From NCBI RefSeq assembly GCF_009914755.1, contig NC_060941.1: 64,000 bases of DNA; one strand, given 5' to 3'. The stretch comes from the human T2T-CHM13v2.0 reference genome, Homo sapiens. This document shows positions 1 through 16,854 of the stretch, one piece after another. Each line of letters opens with the position of its first letter. Within the stretch, counting starts at the first letter, position 1. Both the position numbers and the translations under genes were made by a program. The notes beneath the pieces are model-generated. The model saw nothing but the letters and a program-made list of their open reading frames with translations. It did not search any database and was not told where the DNA came from.

Positions 1-147
1 CTTCAAAAAAAAAAAAAAAAAAAGTTTTTCCAATGGCAATACTCACAAAAAAGTTGCTACATTCTGCACCTTTCTGTTCCATGTTACATGTTACTGCAAA
101 ATCTTTCTCAGAGAACTGAACTGTGTTTGCTAGAAATAGATACCTGT

Positions 148-433
148 GGCCGGGCGCAGTGGCTTACACCTGTAATCCCAGCACCTTGGGAGTCTGAGTC
201 AGGTAGATCACTTGAGATCAGGAGTTCGAGATCAGCCTGACCAACATGGCGAAACCCCATCTTTACTAAAAATACAAAAATCAGCCGGGTATGCCTGTAA
301 TCCCAGCTACTCAGGAGGCTGAGGCAGGAGAATCGCTTGAACCCCAGGAGGCAGAGGTTGCAGTGACCCAAGATCACACCATTGCACTCCAGCCTGTGCG
401 ACAAGAGCAAAACTCCATCTAAAAAAAAAAAAA
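148..433 (+). mobile_element. Alu (S-type) with target-site duplication
   Basis: Alu dimer plus poly(A); agaaatagatacctgtg on both sides. Confidence 0.95.
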
Positions 434-839
434 AGAAATAGATACCTGTGATCTAGAAATGATATGGAATCAACAAGTTCCTACGAGGTGGTAGGCCCTG
501 GCAAATGTGGATGATTTCCATTATAAGCTACATACTCCATCACTAAGGCTACATTAAACTAAAAACTCTTGTTTAAAGACTCAATTCCAAAAATAGTCAG
601 TATGTTAAATAATCCTCCCAATTATTTAAATTACAGTATCTTACCCCAGTACAATTTGATGGCTCCGCATCACTTAGGTATTTGTTTTTCTGTTAAGTGA
701 CTGATTATAAAAGAATTAAAATACAATTTTATAGATGAGGGAAGCAAATCTTTAGTTTCCACCGTATTTGTCTGCCAGTAGAAACATTTGGTCACATCTG
801 AATTTTGTACTTCAGTGTACTCATCAATTTTAAGCACTA

Positions 840-1088
<249 letters not shown>

Positions 1089-2775
1089 CTAAAGGAAAAG
1101 AGATGATCTATAAGAACAAAATAGTGAACATTTTTATTCTATAGTAACTGGAAAATCTATTTTGTGCTTTTCTTGCCAATATTGAACTATTAACCATAGT
1201 TCCCACTAGAAACTGAGATGGGGTGATGGAAAACATTCACTTTATATATGCCTCTGTGCAGTTTGGATTTTTTGCAGTGAACATGTAAATCAATACCTGA
1301 AGAGACTTTTTAAAAAAGAGATCTGTAATCAGATCAAGTTTATTCATATATTCACAAACTATTGAGTGTCTACCATGCTCCAGGCTGTGCCAAGAAAGCA
1401 GAATAGAAGGAATGCCCTGTCCATAGGAGCCCAAAAGTCCACAGGATCCCAAAGTCTCAGGGAAAAAAAGACAAGTCAATGTAGGCAAGCTCAGGATGGT
1501 AAGGGTAAACAGGGGAACTACATCTAACCTAGCAGAAAGTCTTGCTTGAAAGGTATTAAAATGAAAGGTGGCCTGGACGCGGTGGTTCATGTCTGTAATC
1601 CCAGCACTTAGGTAGGCAGAGGCAGGAGGATCGCTTGAGCCTAGGAGTTCGAGATCTGCCTGGTAACAAGCATGACCCCATTCTCCACAAAAATGGTAAA
1701 AGAAAGAAAGAAAGAAAGAAATGTAGAAGGTAAAAAAAAGGCATTCCAGTGCAAAAGAGGCTTGATAGGACAGGATATGTCTGGGGAATCTACAAGTAGT
1801 TCAGTATGGTTAGAAGTGGTTAGAGATTAGGCTAGAGAAGTAGGTAGAGGCCAGGAAATGGAAAGTCTGGACAAAGGAAGGTCTGGGTGAAATGAACAAA
1901 TATTTGGCTTTACGACAGATACTTCTAGTAGCAGTAGGGAGTATTAGGAAAGAAATGAGACTAGTTAGGAGGCTAGTATAATAAACCAACTAAGAAGATC
2001 TATAAGAAATGAAGGTAGAAAAAAATGAAAGGCTAAGAATACATAATTTGCATTTGCTGACAAACTAGGTATGAGAGGAAATGATGATACCTTTATTTCT
2101 GCATAAGTAATAGGACAGATAATGGTGCCATTCAATAATGGCAAATGAAAGTGAAAAAGTTTTGGGAAAATGATGCCGTTTTAGACATGCCAGGTATAAG
2201 TTCCAGGAAGTTACCCTGTGGTACATCTCCGTAAGTAATATGGAAAGCAAATACACAGGTTATTGGTTGCAACATTATCTGTGAAAGTGAAACACTGGAA
2301 ACAGCCTAAATGCTGGGACATAGGATATTGGCCCAAAACCTATGGAATCTACACAACATGTAACAAAGCTATAAAAATGAGAAAAATCTCTATAAAAACA
2401 AGATACAAAAGAGTATTTAAAAAGTACAACAGCATGGATACAATGCTATCTTTTGTACAAGAAAGGGGAAATGAGAATATATATATAATATGTATCTGCT
2501 TATACCTGCAAAAATGAAGACAACTAAGATAAACTAAAAGCTAATGATAATGGAAGGGAAGGACAAGAAATAAGACTTTTCAGTATACCTTCTGAGTAAA
2601 ACCTCAATGGTTTTATCATCCATTTTTTTCTTTCCTAAATCAAATATTCCTGCAATTATAAAATGTAGATTTTTCCTTTTGAACCATATTAATGTTTAAT
2701 ATATTCCAAAAATAAAATCAACAAGGATGAGGGCTGGGAAGTACAACTGAATACAATAGGAATACATAAATTTAA

Positions 2776-3131
<356 letters not shown>

Positions 3132-3369
3132 GAGAAAAAGCTACTTAAGTAATTTTAGACTGCACACCCGTAGGGGCCCATATGTAAGCACACAAAAAAT
3201 TGCAAAGAAACGTTAAACTTAGTAGGTTTGTAGCTGGAAATACTATTGGTATCATAATTTTCATTATGCATATATTGTACAACTGAACAAATGACTGCAT
3301 TTATTTATGTTACCAGAGTTCTCACTGTAGAAAAAAAGGATATCCAAATATGAACTGAAAGAAGAATGT

Positions 3370-6368
<2,999 letters not shown>

Positions 6369-6938
6369 TTAACTAGTTTTTGGTCTTTTCCACTAAAGGC
6401 ATTGCCTGTTGAACCTTGTTAGGAATGTAAGTACTGAAGGCAAACTGCCTGGGTTTGAATTTTGTTCTGTCCCTTGCACCCTGCCTGGTTTCAAATCCTA
6501 GCTCTGCTTATTAAGTTCTTTTAAGGGATGACCTTTGAGCAAATGTCTTAGCTTCTGTTTTCCCAAGTAAATGGACACAATAGTTGCTACTTTGTGAAAG
6601 ATTCATGTAATTGACCAGCATTTACCAAGTAGCATCAGTGTTTAGTTTCAGTCATTGGTGATTCTGCAGTTGGACTGTGAGGGGGTATTGGGGTGGGGGG
6701 TGGTGTGTGTGTGTAGCACTTAATTGCAGGCAGGAAGGAAAAGATACTTTTGATAACCGACAGGCAGCTTTTCTCTGCTTTTGTGTCAAAAGGGAGGAAG
6801 GGAGTTTGGAGAGGGAAATGAATTCTCTGTAACACTAAGCTCTCTTCCACAAAAACAGAGGTAGATAGAATGTGTAATAATTTACAGAATTTCTAGACTT
6901 CAACGATCTGATTTTTTTTATTTTTTTTATTTTTTCAG

Positions 6939-7045
6939 GTTGAGACTGAGCTAAAGTTAATCTGTGGCGACGTTCTGGATGTACTGGACAAACACCTCAT
7001 TCCAGCAGCTACAACTGGCAAGTCCAAGGTTTTCTATTATGAAAT
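6939..7045 (+). pseudogene. YWHAE: Isolated unprocessed exon of 14-3-3 epsilon (YWHAE-like pseudogene fragment)
   Basis: 107-nt exon after a long T tract and CAG, followed by GTAGG. It translates [35 protein letters not shown](M), versus recalled [41 protein letters not shown]. Confidence 0.9.
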
Positions 7046-7978
7046 GTAGGTTCTATACTAACAATTAACAAGTGTACTTCAATAAATTTAAACATTCTCA
7101 GGAATAATTGACTTTGTTTCTTTTTTTCTTAGACATTTCATATTATTTTCCTTATTAAATATAACCAAAAATCCCACAGAAATTAACTGAGGAGCCTCTA
7201 AATATCAACAAAATTATCACTTGATAGACTAGAATTAAACAAGCAAGTGGTTCCAAGAAATGGCACGAGTGTATTAATCATAAAATAAAATTTCTACATG
7301 AAACATTCAGCCATTCTAGACCATTTCTGTCTGTGCAGACTCATCTTTTCTTGTTCTTTGCAAAGCCCAGCTAGAGCAAGCAAGTTCTTCCCAATAGGTT
7401 TTTCCCATCTCTGGTTGCTTGGCTGGCTGGGCTTCCTCTACAAACCTCCTTCCTTTCCCCTAAGCAGGGCCCAGTGTCCCCATCCCGCGGAGTTGAGCTC
7501 ATGAGGGCATCTGACCAGGAGTAGCTATTCCTGGTGCTATTGTCATTGTCCTGTTTCATGTGTGAACATGGCTGGCTCTACAGAGATTTGGCAGGTAGCA
7601 AGGAGGTTTCTTTTTGAATCTTCTTTTGGAAGTCAGACTTGGTGAGGATCTTATGCCCACTTTTTCCTAGCTCTGTGGTGTCAGGCAAAGTCTGTTTCTG
7701 CAAATTGGGGTTAAGAATTCCTACCTCACAGCGGTCTTTTGATAAATAAATAAGATCTTAAGTGTAAATTATTCCACTAGAAATTGCGCAGTTACTTTGG
7801 TCTTCATCCTGGAGGTCCACTGACAAGCCTCATGCAAACCTGTGGCCCTGTTCATAAAGTGTTTTGATCCATACTTTCAAATGGCCTCAGGAAGACCTTT
7901 TATAAAGTAAAAATGTTAGGCAGCCACATGATATCCATTGACCCAGTGAGGCTGTTTTACTGGATGTAAGAGGTTTGA

Positions 7979-8252
7979 CCCAGCATTTTGGGGGGCCGAG
8001 ACAGGCAGATCACTTGAGGCCAGGAGCTGGAGACCCGCCTGGCCAACATGGAGAAACCCCATCTCTATTAAAAATACCAAAAAAATTACCTGGGCATGGT
8101 GGCACATGCCTGTAATCCCAGCTACTTGGGAGACTGAGGCACAAGAATAGCTTGAACCCAGGAGTCAGAGGTTGCAGTGAGCCAAGCCGAGATGGCGCCA
8201 CTGCACTCCAGCCTGGGCAACAGAGTGAGACTCTGTCTCAGGGAAAAAAAAG
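7979..8252 (+). mobile_element. Alu (slightly 5' truncated)
   Basis: Alu consensus with A tail. Confidence 0.9.
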
Positions 8253-10525
8253 GGGTGGGGGGAGGGTTTGAAAAAATAGTAGCATGTAGTTATGTTTCTA
8301 CAATATTTGATATATATAAGGATTTACCAACCTCTTGCATTAGCTGCTATCCCCTACAGCAGTTGCTGTAGGAAAAAAACATCAAGTTCTGAGCTCCTAC
8401 TGTTTGCCAGGCATATTCTGAGATGATCACGTTTAAATCTCAGAGTTACCCTGCAGAGTAGTCAGGGTATCACTGCCTGACAGATGCAGAAGCTGAGGCT
8501 TACAGCAGTTAAATGACTTACCCCAGGCCACATAGATAATGAGTGGGAGAGCCCAGGTCTGTCTGTGAGGTATAATGAAATTAGCATAAACCCTCCACAT
8601 TGGCGCCACTCACATAAAGTAACATATATTCTCTCACAGAAAGTATTTTATTGGGCATAACATTTTATATCATTTACTGTTTAACATTAGTCGTGGATCT
8701 TCCCACATCACATGAATATGCCTCATTGTTTTTGGATAATATGATTACTATTGAATGGATTTACTATCATTCATTTAATCAATACTCCTTTTGATGGCCA
8801 TTTTAATTGTCTATTTTTTCCTTTTGCACAGATTGATGTAATAAACATGATTTTATAGTAATATTTTTGTCTGCCTGTGAAAATGTTTGCTGGACAATAA
8901 ATTCCTAGGAGTAAAATAAGGTCAAAGATTATAAATACAGTATTTATTTTCATAAATATTACCAAGTCAGCCACAAATGTTTAAATTACTAATGGTTTCA
9001 GATTATTGTATTTAATGAGTAAACACTTTTATAGGGTTTACTTTTATAAACACTTTTATTTGCCAGATATCATTCTAAATGCTTTACAAAATTAACTTTT
9101 TCAATTTTTAATATAACCCTGGGATGTATATTAGGATTATCCCCATTCTACAGATAAGAACACTGAGGAGTTAATTAACTTGCCACATATCTAGGAAGTG
9201 ACAAGGCTAGTTGCACAGCCAGGCAGTCTGGCTCCTGAGTCCACATTTTAGACAACACTATACCTCCTGGTTCTTTTGAGGCATTACTGCTGGAACTATC
9301 CTAATACTCATAAATAAACATTTCTTTTGGGGAGGGCCAAATAAAATTTTAAACAGAAGAGTTTTCACCAACTGTCAAGCTCATAAAGTTGTACATTATA
9401 CACTTTTTTCATGATGCCCACAGATAATTTATTAATGATATCATCTATTTTAAAAGACATATGTAAAACCCAACCCTTAAGAAAGGATTCCTATCACTGT
9501 TCCCCACAGGCACCCTCCTCAGTCTTACACCTTTCCACCCCCCAAAACAAATCATTCAGCATATTTATTTCATACTGTAATATAGGAAATAGCTTCTTTT
9601 TAGATTTTCTTATATTCTTAACATTGATCATACCAACATGGAATAGAAATTCCTTATGTTTTATCTGGATTTAAGGTGCTACATAATGGAATATATTTCT
9701 ATCAAGCCATACACATTGGAGATAATGAAATCACTTGTGTTCTAGCTTAAACGTTGTGGGAATTTCAGAACTGCAACATAACAGATAATCCTCGGATGAA
9801 AACTAAATCTCTCCTCTGGTCAGGCATCTATGTGCATCAGTGAAGAGAAGACGGGGACTGTGGAAGGGAAAACAGTGAGTCACGAAGGACTGTGGCCACA
9901 TCTGTTCCCCGGACCCTCAAGTAGTTAAATCCTGACCTCCCCTACCGCATACTGTCCTGGGGAATGGCCAACACTGGCCTTTCACAACTGTGTGTTACTA
10001 GAAATGCAACAGAAACCCAGCTGAATCCCCAGGGTTTCCCTTCTGCCCTTCTCAATGGAAAGATCTGTCCCAGGACCATTTATTCCAACATTTTCAATTA
10101 TGAGAAATCTGGGAAGATAAAGTTATTTTCACATTTCTCAAGAAATACATACTTATTCATACTCATTACAGGAAAGTCAGAATCTACAGAAAACCAAGAA
10201 GATTTTTAAAAATCCATGATACCACCATCAAAAGAGCCGCACTTAGTATGTTGGTCCACAGGTTTCCTAGCACCCTTTTCTGTTGGTGTATGCACAAAAT
10301 ACACAATCACATTCTGTCTACATTTTACAATTTGCCATTTTTTGATTAACACTATATATTGAACAATTTTTAAGACCTGCAACATATGTCGACAACATTA
10401 TTTCAAAATAATATATTTATAAATAAACACACACACAAACTGTCTGTCTTATATACAACACGTCTTACTTTCTAATTCTCCACTCTTGAAGATTTAGGTT
10501 TTCCTAACTTTTTAATATACTCACC

Positions 10526-10744
10526 AGGAATCTGTAAACTTTTTTTATAAAAGGCCAAAGGGTAGATATTTTAAACTCTGCAGGCCATAGGTTTCTGTTG
10601 CAACACTCAACTCTGCTGTTGCAGGGAAAGAAGCCATACACAATTTGTAAATGAATGGGCATGACTGTGTTCTGATAAACTTTACAAAAACAGGTGGTGG
10701 ACTAGATGCAGCCTGCTCCTCTGGACATGGCTTACCAGCCCCTG
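10526..10744. mobile_element. MER58-like hAT-Charlie DNA transposon relic
   Basis: cagg...cctg termini and internal 'ctcaactctgctgttgcag...gaatgggcatgactgtgttc' motifs resembling the recalled MER58. Confidence 0.65.
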
Positions 10745-11189
10745 ACATATACCACTACAGAGGATGCTGTTAGAATGAAATCTCTTTACACATCTCTGAT
10801 CATCTCCTTAGGACTAATTGCTAGACATGACATCATGGTAGCTGTGGGTCAAAGGGCATGCACGCTCTGGGATGTACATTGCCAGATTGCTCATGATCAG
10901 CCTTTCTCATGTCAAAATGTTTTGTGACCACCAGAAGGCTGGTTCTGCTTTTATTATCCATTGACTGAGGAATAGAAATGACATGGCATGTATGCAGGAT
11001 ATTTAACCATCGTATAGATAATCCTTGTGCACAAGTGCATTCTATATTCTTTCCCAATAAGTCCACATCTGCCAGAGTTGAAATAAAATAAAACAAAACA
11101 AACCTATTTAGCACCTTCTCTGTAGCAGGTCCATTCATGTATGTTGTTGTATTTCATTCTCAGAATTCTTATGACCTAGGCATTTTAAA

Positions 11190-12670
11190 AATTTTTAAAA
11201 AAATATTTAGTTGACAAGGATTGTGTATATTTAATGCATACAATGTGATGATTTCATATATGTATATATTGTGTACTAATTATCACAATCAAATTTATTA
11301 CATCCATTACCACCTATGCTGTACACGAAATCTCCAGAATTTGTTCATCTTATAACTGAAAGTTTATACCCTTTGATTAATAGCTTCCCATTTTCCCCAA
11401 CCCCAGCCCTTGGCAACCACCATTCTACTATCTGTTTTTATGAGTTTGACTCTCTTAGATCCCACATATAAGTGAGATCATACAAAACTTGTCTTTCTGT
11501 GTCTGGCTTATTTCACTTAGCGTAATGTCCTCCAGGTTTATCCAGGACAGGAGTTTCTTCTTTTTAATGGCTAATAGTCCATTGTTTATATATATTTTGT
11601 TTATCCATTCATCTGTTGCTGGACACTTAGGCTGTTTCTATATCTTGGGTATTGTGAATAGTGTTGTAATAAACATGGGGCACAGATCTCTCTTCAAGGT
11701 TCTAACCTGATTGCTGAATCGTATGGTAGTTCTGCTTCTAATTTTTTGAGGAACCTCCATACTGTTTTCTGTAAAGGTTATACCACTTTACATTCCAACC
11801 AACAGTGTACAAGGGTTCTCTTTCCTCTATGCTTTCGCCAACACTTGTTATCTCTTGTCGTTTTTTTTATAAGAGCCGTCCTATCCTATGAGGCAATATC
11901 TCATTGTGGTTTTGATTTGCATTTCTCTGATGATTAGTGGTGTTGAACACCTTTTCATATGCTGGCTGGCCATTTGTATATCTTCCTTGGGGAAAAAAGT
12001 CCATTGGGGTCCTTTGCCTATTTTTAATTGGGTTATTCATGTATTTATTAATTTTTGCTATTGAGTTGTGTGAATTCCTTATATTTTTTCAAATAACCCC
12101 TTATCAAATATATGGGTTGCAAATATTTTCTTCCATTCCATAGGTTGCCTTTTCATTTTGTCATGGTTTCCTTTGCTGTGTAAAACCTTTTAAGATTGAT
12201 GTAGTCCCATTTATTTATTTTCACTTTTGTTGCCTGTGCTTTGGTGTTATATCAAAAAAAAATTGCCAATTATGACCAATGTCGAGGAGATTTTTCCCTA
12301 TGTTTACTTCCAGGATTTACATGGTTTCAGATATTACATTTAATATCTGAATTACATTTAATATCTGAATTACATTAATATCTGAATTAATATCTGATAT
12401 TACATTTAAATCTTTAATCCATTTTGAGCTAATTTTCTGTATATGATGTAAAACAAGTGTGCAATTTCATTCTTTTTCATGCACTTTCCCCAACACCATT
12501 CATTGAAGAGAGTTTCCTTTCTACATTGTGCTTTTTTTTTTTTTTTTTTACAGTACAGTGAAAGCAAGTCTATTAAGAAAGTAAAGGAATAAAAGAATCT
12601 ACATTGTATATCCTTGATGGCCTTGTCAAAGATCTGTTGACCATATATGCACGGGGTTATTTCTGGGTGA
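11190..12670 (-). mobile_element. Old L1 (L1M-type) 3' fragment
   Basis: Antisense L1 ORF2 end/3'UTR motifs (tttttgaggaacctccatactgttt, catttctctgatgattagtg). Confidence 0.85.
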
Positions 12671-14048
12671 GCTTGGCATTTTTATCTACCTCATTCTACC
12701 GATGAGGAGGCCGAGTCTCAGAGAGTTCACAGACCTGCCTAAGGTCACTCAGCTAGAGGTGATACAACCAGGGTTTGAACTGAGATCTGCCAGGCTTCTG
12801 AGTTTATTCTTTTTCCCCCACACCAAGGATCCTCAATTCTGCCTTACTGACATCAGGATCCAGTCAATTCTTTGTGATGGGGGCTGTCCTGCACCTGGCA
12901 GGATGTTTAGCACCTTCTCTGGCCTCCACCCACTGGATGCCAGGGGAATGCAGAAGAGGCTTGTTCATTCTCCCATTTAATCCTCAGGACAATATCTGAC
13001 ATAAATGTTATGTCTTTTATTTTATAAATGAAGAAAATGAGACTCAGAAAGGTTTAAGTGAGTTACTTAAGAACACACAGACAGCAAGAGGTAGAACTGG
13101 AAACTGAACACAGGTGTCCACATGGGACAACAAAAAAGTTCACGTTCCATCTTCTTTTGAGTCTCTCATTTCAATAATTACCATTGTCTGGATATGAGCT
13201 GAAGTACAGGAAACCTGGGGCTGAACTCTCCTCCCATCAGGCCTAGGAGCCCCAGACCAGAACGCCAGCCCAAGGTCTCCCAGTCAGGCCCGCTGGCGTG
13301 AGCTGGCATCTACACTAGCATGGTTTCCCAAAGCTGCAGGGATGCCAGTCTCGCCGCTGATGAAGAAAATGAAGGGCATTTGCTTCTCCTGCAGGCTCTC
13401 GGGATTTAACACAGATTCACAGATTCCTCTTCTTGCTGTCTTCTCCCATAGCACAAAACAGGGTGGTCCATCCCAGGCTCCCAGTGTCCCAAGGCTTTGT
13501 TGCGTGTTCTCTTTAATTTCTCCCACTCTTGCGGTGTACCCTACCCTCATCTCCCTGGCAACCTTTCTGCTGTATCCTCTCGACACCTGGATCACAAGAA
13601 CACTTGTGAGACCCCTTAACAAGCTACATCCCAAATTATCATTCCCCTTTGTCCTCAGTCAGTGCTCAGGTCCAACTTGCTCTCCTGGGGTGACTTTCTT
13701 TCCTGCCCAATATGGTTTCATCACCTGTAAATTGGGGATAATTAAAGTCTTGATCCTGATATTTGACTCTCAAAGCAGAAGTAGCAAGCTCAGCCAAGTC
13801 ACTTCAACAAGAGGAGACGTTCCTTGTGAACCAAAAGGGCACTGGTCACAAGGGCCGCTCCTTCTTCTCTCAGGCCTCTCCAGCACGCCCTTGGCTCAGC
13901 CAAAGAAGAGACTCAGGCTGTGCTTCTGCACTGTTGGGATAACATAGGCCTCTTCCATGTGGTTCCACACCAGGGACATGGGGACAATCAGACCTCTCCC
14001 AGTGTGGGCATAAGGATACAAGATCATGTCAATATTGACATTCATAAT

Positions 14049-14354
14049 GGCCGGGCGCAGTGGCACACGCCTGTAATCCCAGCACTTTGGGAGGCTGAGG
14101 TGGGCAGATTGCTTGAACCCCAGAGTTCGAAACCAGCCTGGGCGACTTGGCAAGACCAGTCTCTACAGAAAATACAAAAAATTGTCTGGGCTTGGTGGCG
14201 CACACCTGTAGTCTCAGCTACTTGGGAGGCTGAGGTGGGAGGATTGCTCAAACCCAGGGAGGTTGAGGCTTCAGTGAGCTATGATGGCACTGCTGTACTC
14301 CAACCTGGGCAACAGAGTGAGGCCCTGTCTCAAAACAAAAACAAAGACAAAACA
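14049..14354 (+). mobile_element. Alu (J-type) with target-site duplication
   Basis: Alu dimer; acattcataat at 14038-14048 and 14355-14365. Confidence 0.92.
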
Positions 14355-14567
14355 ACATTCATAATAGTAGCAATAGCTACTATGTGCCAAGCCCAGGCAC
14401 CTCTTCGAGTCTTTGCTGTCACCCTATCAGGTAAGCGTGCTTAGAAGTTACACGAAGCACACGGCTCAGTGTTTGGCCCATGGTAAGGGCCTAAAAAGTG
14501 ATAGCCCCAGTGATGGGGATGCTGCTGCTGCTGACCGTTAACCCCAGTCTGCTCCACCTTCTTCCAG

Positions 14568-14701
14568 GCAGTCTGTGAGATGTTTGATGTCCGAGGCAAA
14601 CAGCACATTCAGATCCCCAAGCTCTACACCTCCAGTGTGACCAGGCACCTGCACCACTTCAGGCTCATGCAGGACTCACAGCCTTTGGACCTCAGCTAAA
14701 G
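14568..14701 (+). pseudogene. NOS2: NOS2 (inducible NO synthase) pseudo-exon, FMN/FAD connecting region
   Basis: CAG acceptor, then [43 protein letters not shown] (TAA 14697-14699), versus recalled NOS2 [44 protein letters not shown]. The donor GT is absent. Confidence 0.88.
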
Positions 14702-15353
14702 GACTTGCTTCTCTTCAGCACACGGGGCTTGTTTGTGTTGGGGTCTGAGCCCTGAGCCATGGTCAAGGAGACCCCCAGGTCTTTCTGAACAGAGACAGCT
14801 GGCCTGGGGGCCTCCCTCTCACTGCGTGCAAGAGGCTGTTAGGGTGCAAGACTCAAGGCACTGAGGGAGGCTGTTTCAGGAGGGAGCCCCAGGAGGGTGG
14901 TGGAGACAGAAGGGGGCAGCATCTGCCGAGGGCCTACTGTGTGCCTGGCACCGTGTGGGGTTTCTGGCCCATATGGGCTAAGTGACCCTGCACACTCCTC
15001 TTAGGAGAAAGGCTCAGATGGAGAAATTGCAGTTCAGGAAGGTAAAGCAAGCTGCTAGCCTGTGGCCATGTTGGGATCTGGGCCTCAGCCTTCCAGCCAC
15101 GAAGGCAGCCAAGTGTCATGAAGAAGGCATCACAGAGGCAATTCCAGGCTGTAGTGGTGAACTTTCCACTCTGCATCCCCGGGTGCTGTGCCCTGTGCCC
15201 TGTCTAAGGTAGCCCTGTGGGTTTCTATATGTTTAAGTTATCCCCAGCATCAATGATGCTCTCCTGTGGATCCCAAGCCATGGAGATGTCCTGGGACTTT
15301 TCATTTTTAGGTACCTAAATTGAATTTCCCAACACATAGAAGCAAGACAGCTG

Positions 15354-15609
15354 CCCTAACAGACTCTTGCATGCAGTGAGAGGGAGGCCGCCAGGCCAGC
15401 TGTCTCTGTTCAGAAAGACCTGGGGGTCTCCTTGACCATGCGCTCAGGGCTCAGACCCTAACACAAACAAGCCCCGTGTGCTGAAGAGAAGCAGGTCCCT
15501 TAGCTGAGGTCCAAAGGCTGTGGGTCCTGCATGAGCCTGAAGTGGTGCACGTCCCTGGTCACATTGGAGGTGGAGAGCTTGGGGATCTGAATGTGCTGTT
15601 TGCCTTGGA
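15354..15609 (-). repeat. Inverted copy of 14590-14844 (part of the NOS2 pseudo-exon plus following intron)
   Basis: The reverse complement aligns by eye along ~255 bp with scattered mismatches. It encodes [35 protein letters not shown] (end of ORF 15500..15805). Confidence 0.92.
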
Positions 15610-15788
15610 TCTTTATTTGTGATTCAGAAACAGTGGAATAAAAGGAAAGGAAAGAAAACCCGAATGGCCACCTCAGCAGGATGCTCCAAGGGTAGTGTCC
15701 AGGTGGCACTGACTCAGACATGTGGGGGCTTCCCCCACCCATGCTCAAGAGCCACTTTGCCATTTCACCATCTCTCTGTCCTCCACAC

Positions 15789-15865
15789 CCCTCAGCAGCA
15801 AGCACACCAAGAATGTGTTCACCATGAAGCTCAAATCTCAGCAGAATCTAGAGTCTGAAATCCAA
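15789..15865 (+). pseudogene. NOS2: NOS2 pseudo-exon (exon following the 14568 exon)
   Basis: [20 protein letters not shown] versus recalled NOS2 ALSSMHAKNVFTMRLKSRQNL. Acceptor reads AC instead of AG; GTAAG donor retained; apparent small deletion near the 3' end. Confidence 0.82.
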
Positions 15866-16749
15866 GTAAGGGAAAGTGTAGAGCTTCTCGGATGATGCCC
15901 TGTCAATTTTATTTTAACGAATGAAAGACCAGAAGAAGTCAGTCTTTGAAAGGAGAGGACAGGAGCATCTGCTGGCATTAGCAGCCATGCCATCGTAGGA
16001 CCAGCTCACCTGGACCCGCGGCCACCTGTGCTTTTACATCTAGTCTTGGTTAACCATGGGCCACTTTTCCAGCTTGGAAACTAGGCATATGCTCCACTTC
16101 CTCTCCTTCCTCATTGAACTCTTTCACTAAAAGAACAGTGCAAGAGAGACTTAAACTGTTTGCCTCATTCTTAAGAACTTTCAGGAAAAGTGTTGGCAGG
16201 GAAGGAAATTTCCCAGCTCTGGGAAACAGTCTTGTGGATTATCTGCTGGTTTAATTGATCTGTGCTGTCCTCCCTGCATTCATTAGGAAAACTGGCCTTG
16301 GTTCAAATAAGAACAGGATTTGTCCTGGTGACAGAGAAAGGTTTCTTCTGATGTCCATATATCTCCGAGGGAGATGCTTTCTCCAGGCAGAGGCTGTGGC
16401 CAAGCGATCAGGGGGCTCAGAGGGCTGCTGGGAAGGGGTGGGCCCCTCTCTCCCCAGAGGGAAACTCCTGGGGACCTCTCGAGCACCCCTGCCCATGCTT
16501 TAAACATAAATTCATAAATACAAACAAGTAGGCCATTCACAGAAATATATAAAATATGTCATAGGATGGGTGGCACTCTCATATGGCAATAATTATGACA
16601 GGGGCCGGCAAATGACCTGAGTGACCCGGACTGACCTGAGCACTGACTCCCAAATGCCCTCCATAGGATGTTCTGCATCCCCGAGACCCTTTCCTGGGTG
16701 CTCCTGGGCCCTACCACCCCCTAGACCATCCAGACCTCAGGTCATCCCC

Positions 16750-16854
16750 CTGTCTGTTGACAGAGTAGTCTCCGTTCCTGAACGTGCTGGTCACCAGCAA
16801 CAGCAGCTGCTCCTCCTCCAGGAAGCTCAGCCTATACTTCTACATGCAGAGAAC
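16750..16854 (-). pseudogene. NOS2: NOS2 pseudo-exon, FMN-binding flavodoxin-like domain, opposite orientation
   Basis: 105 nt after a CCAG acceptor: VLCM*KYRLSFLEEEQLLLLVTSTFRNGDYSVNRQ, versus recalled NOS2 [35 protein letters not shown]. In-frame TAG at 16840-16842; donor reads GG. Confidence 0.88.

Noticed and set aside
13342-13947. 201-aa plus-strand ORF
   Set aside because: No recognisable homology or exon structure; likely a chance ORF in intron-derived DNA.
16095-16145. Weak resemblance to the short NOS2 exon (KLKKSLFMLKELNNKFR) on the minus strand
   Set aside because: Only about a dozen matching bases and no splice sites; not distinguishable from chance.
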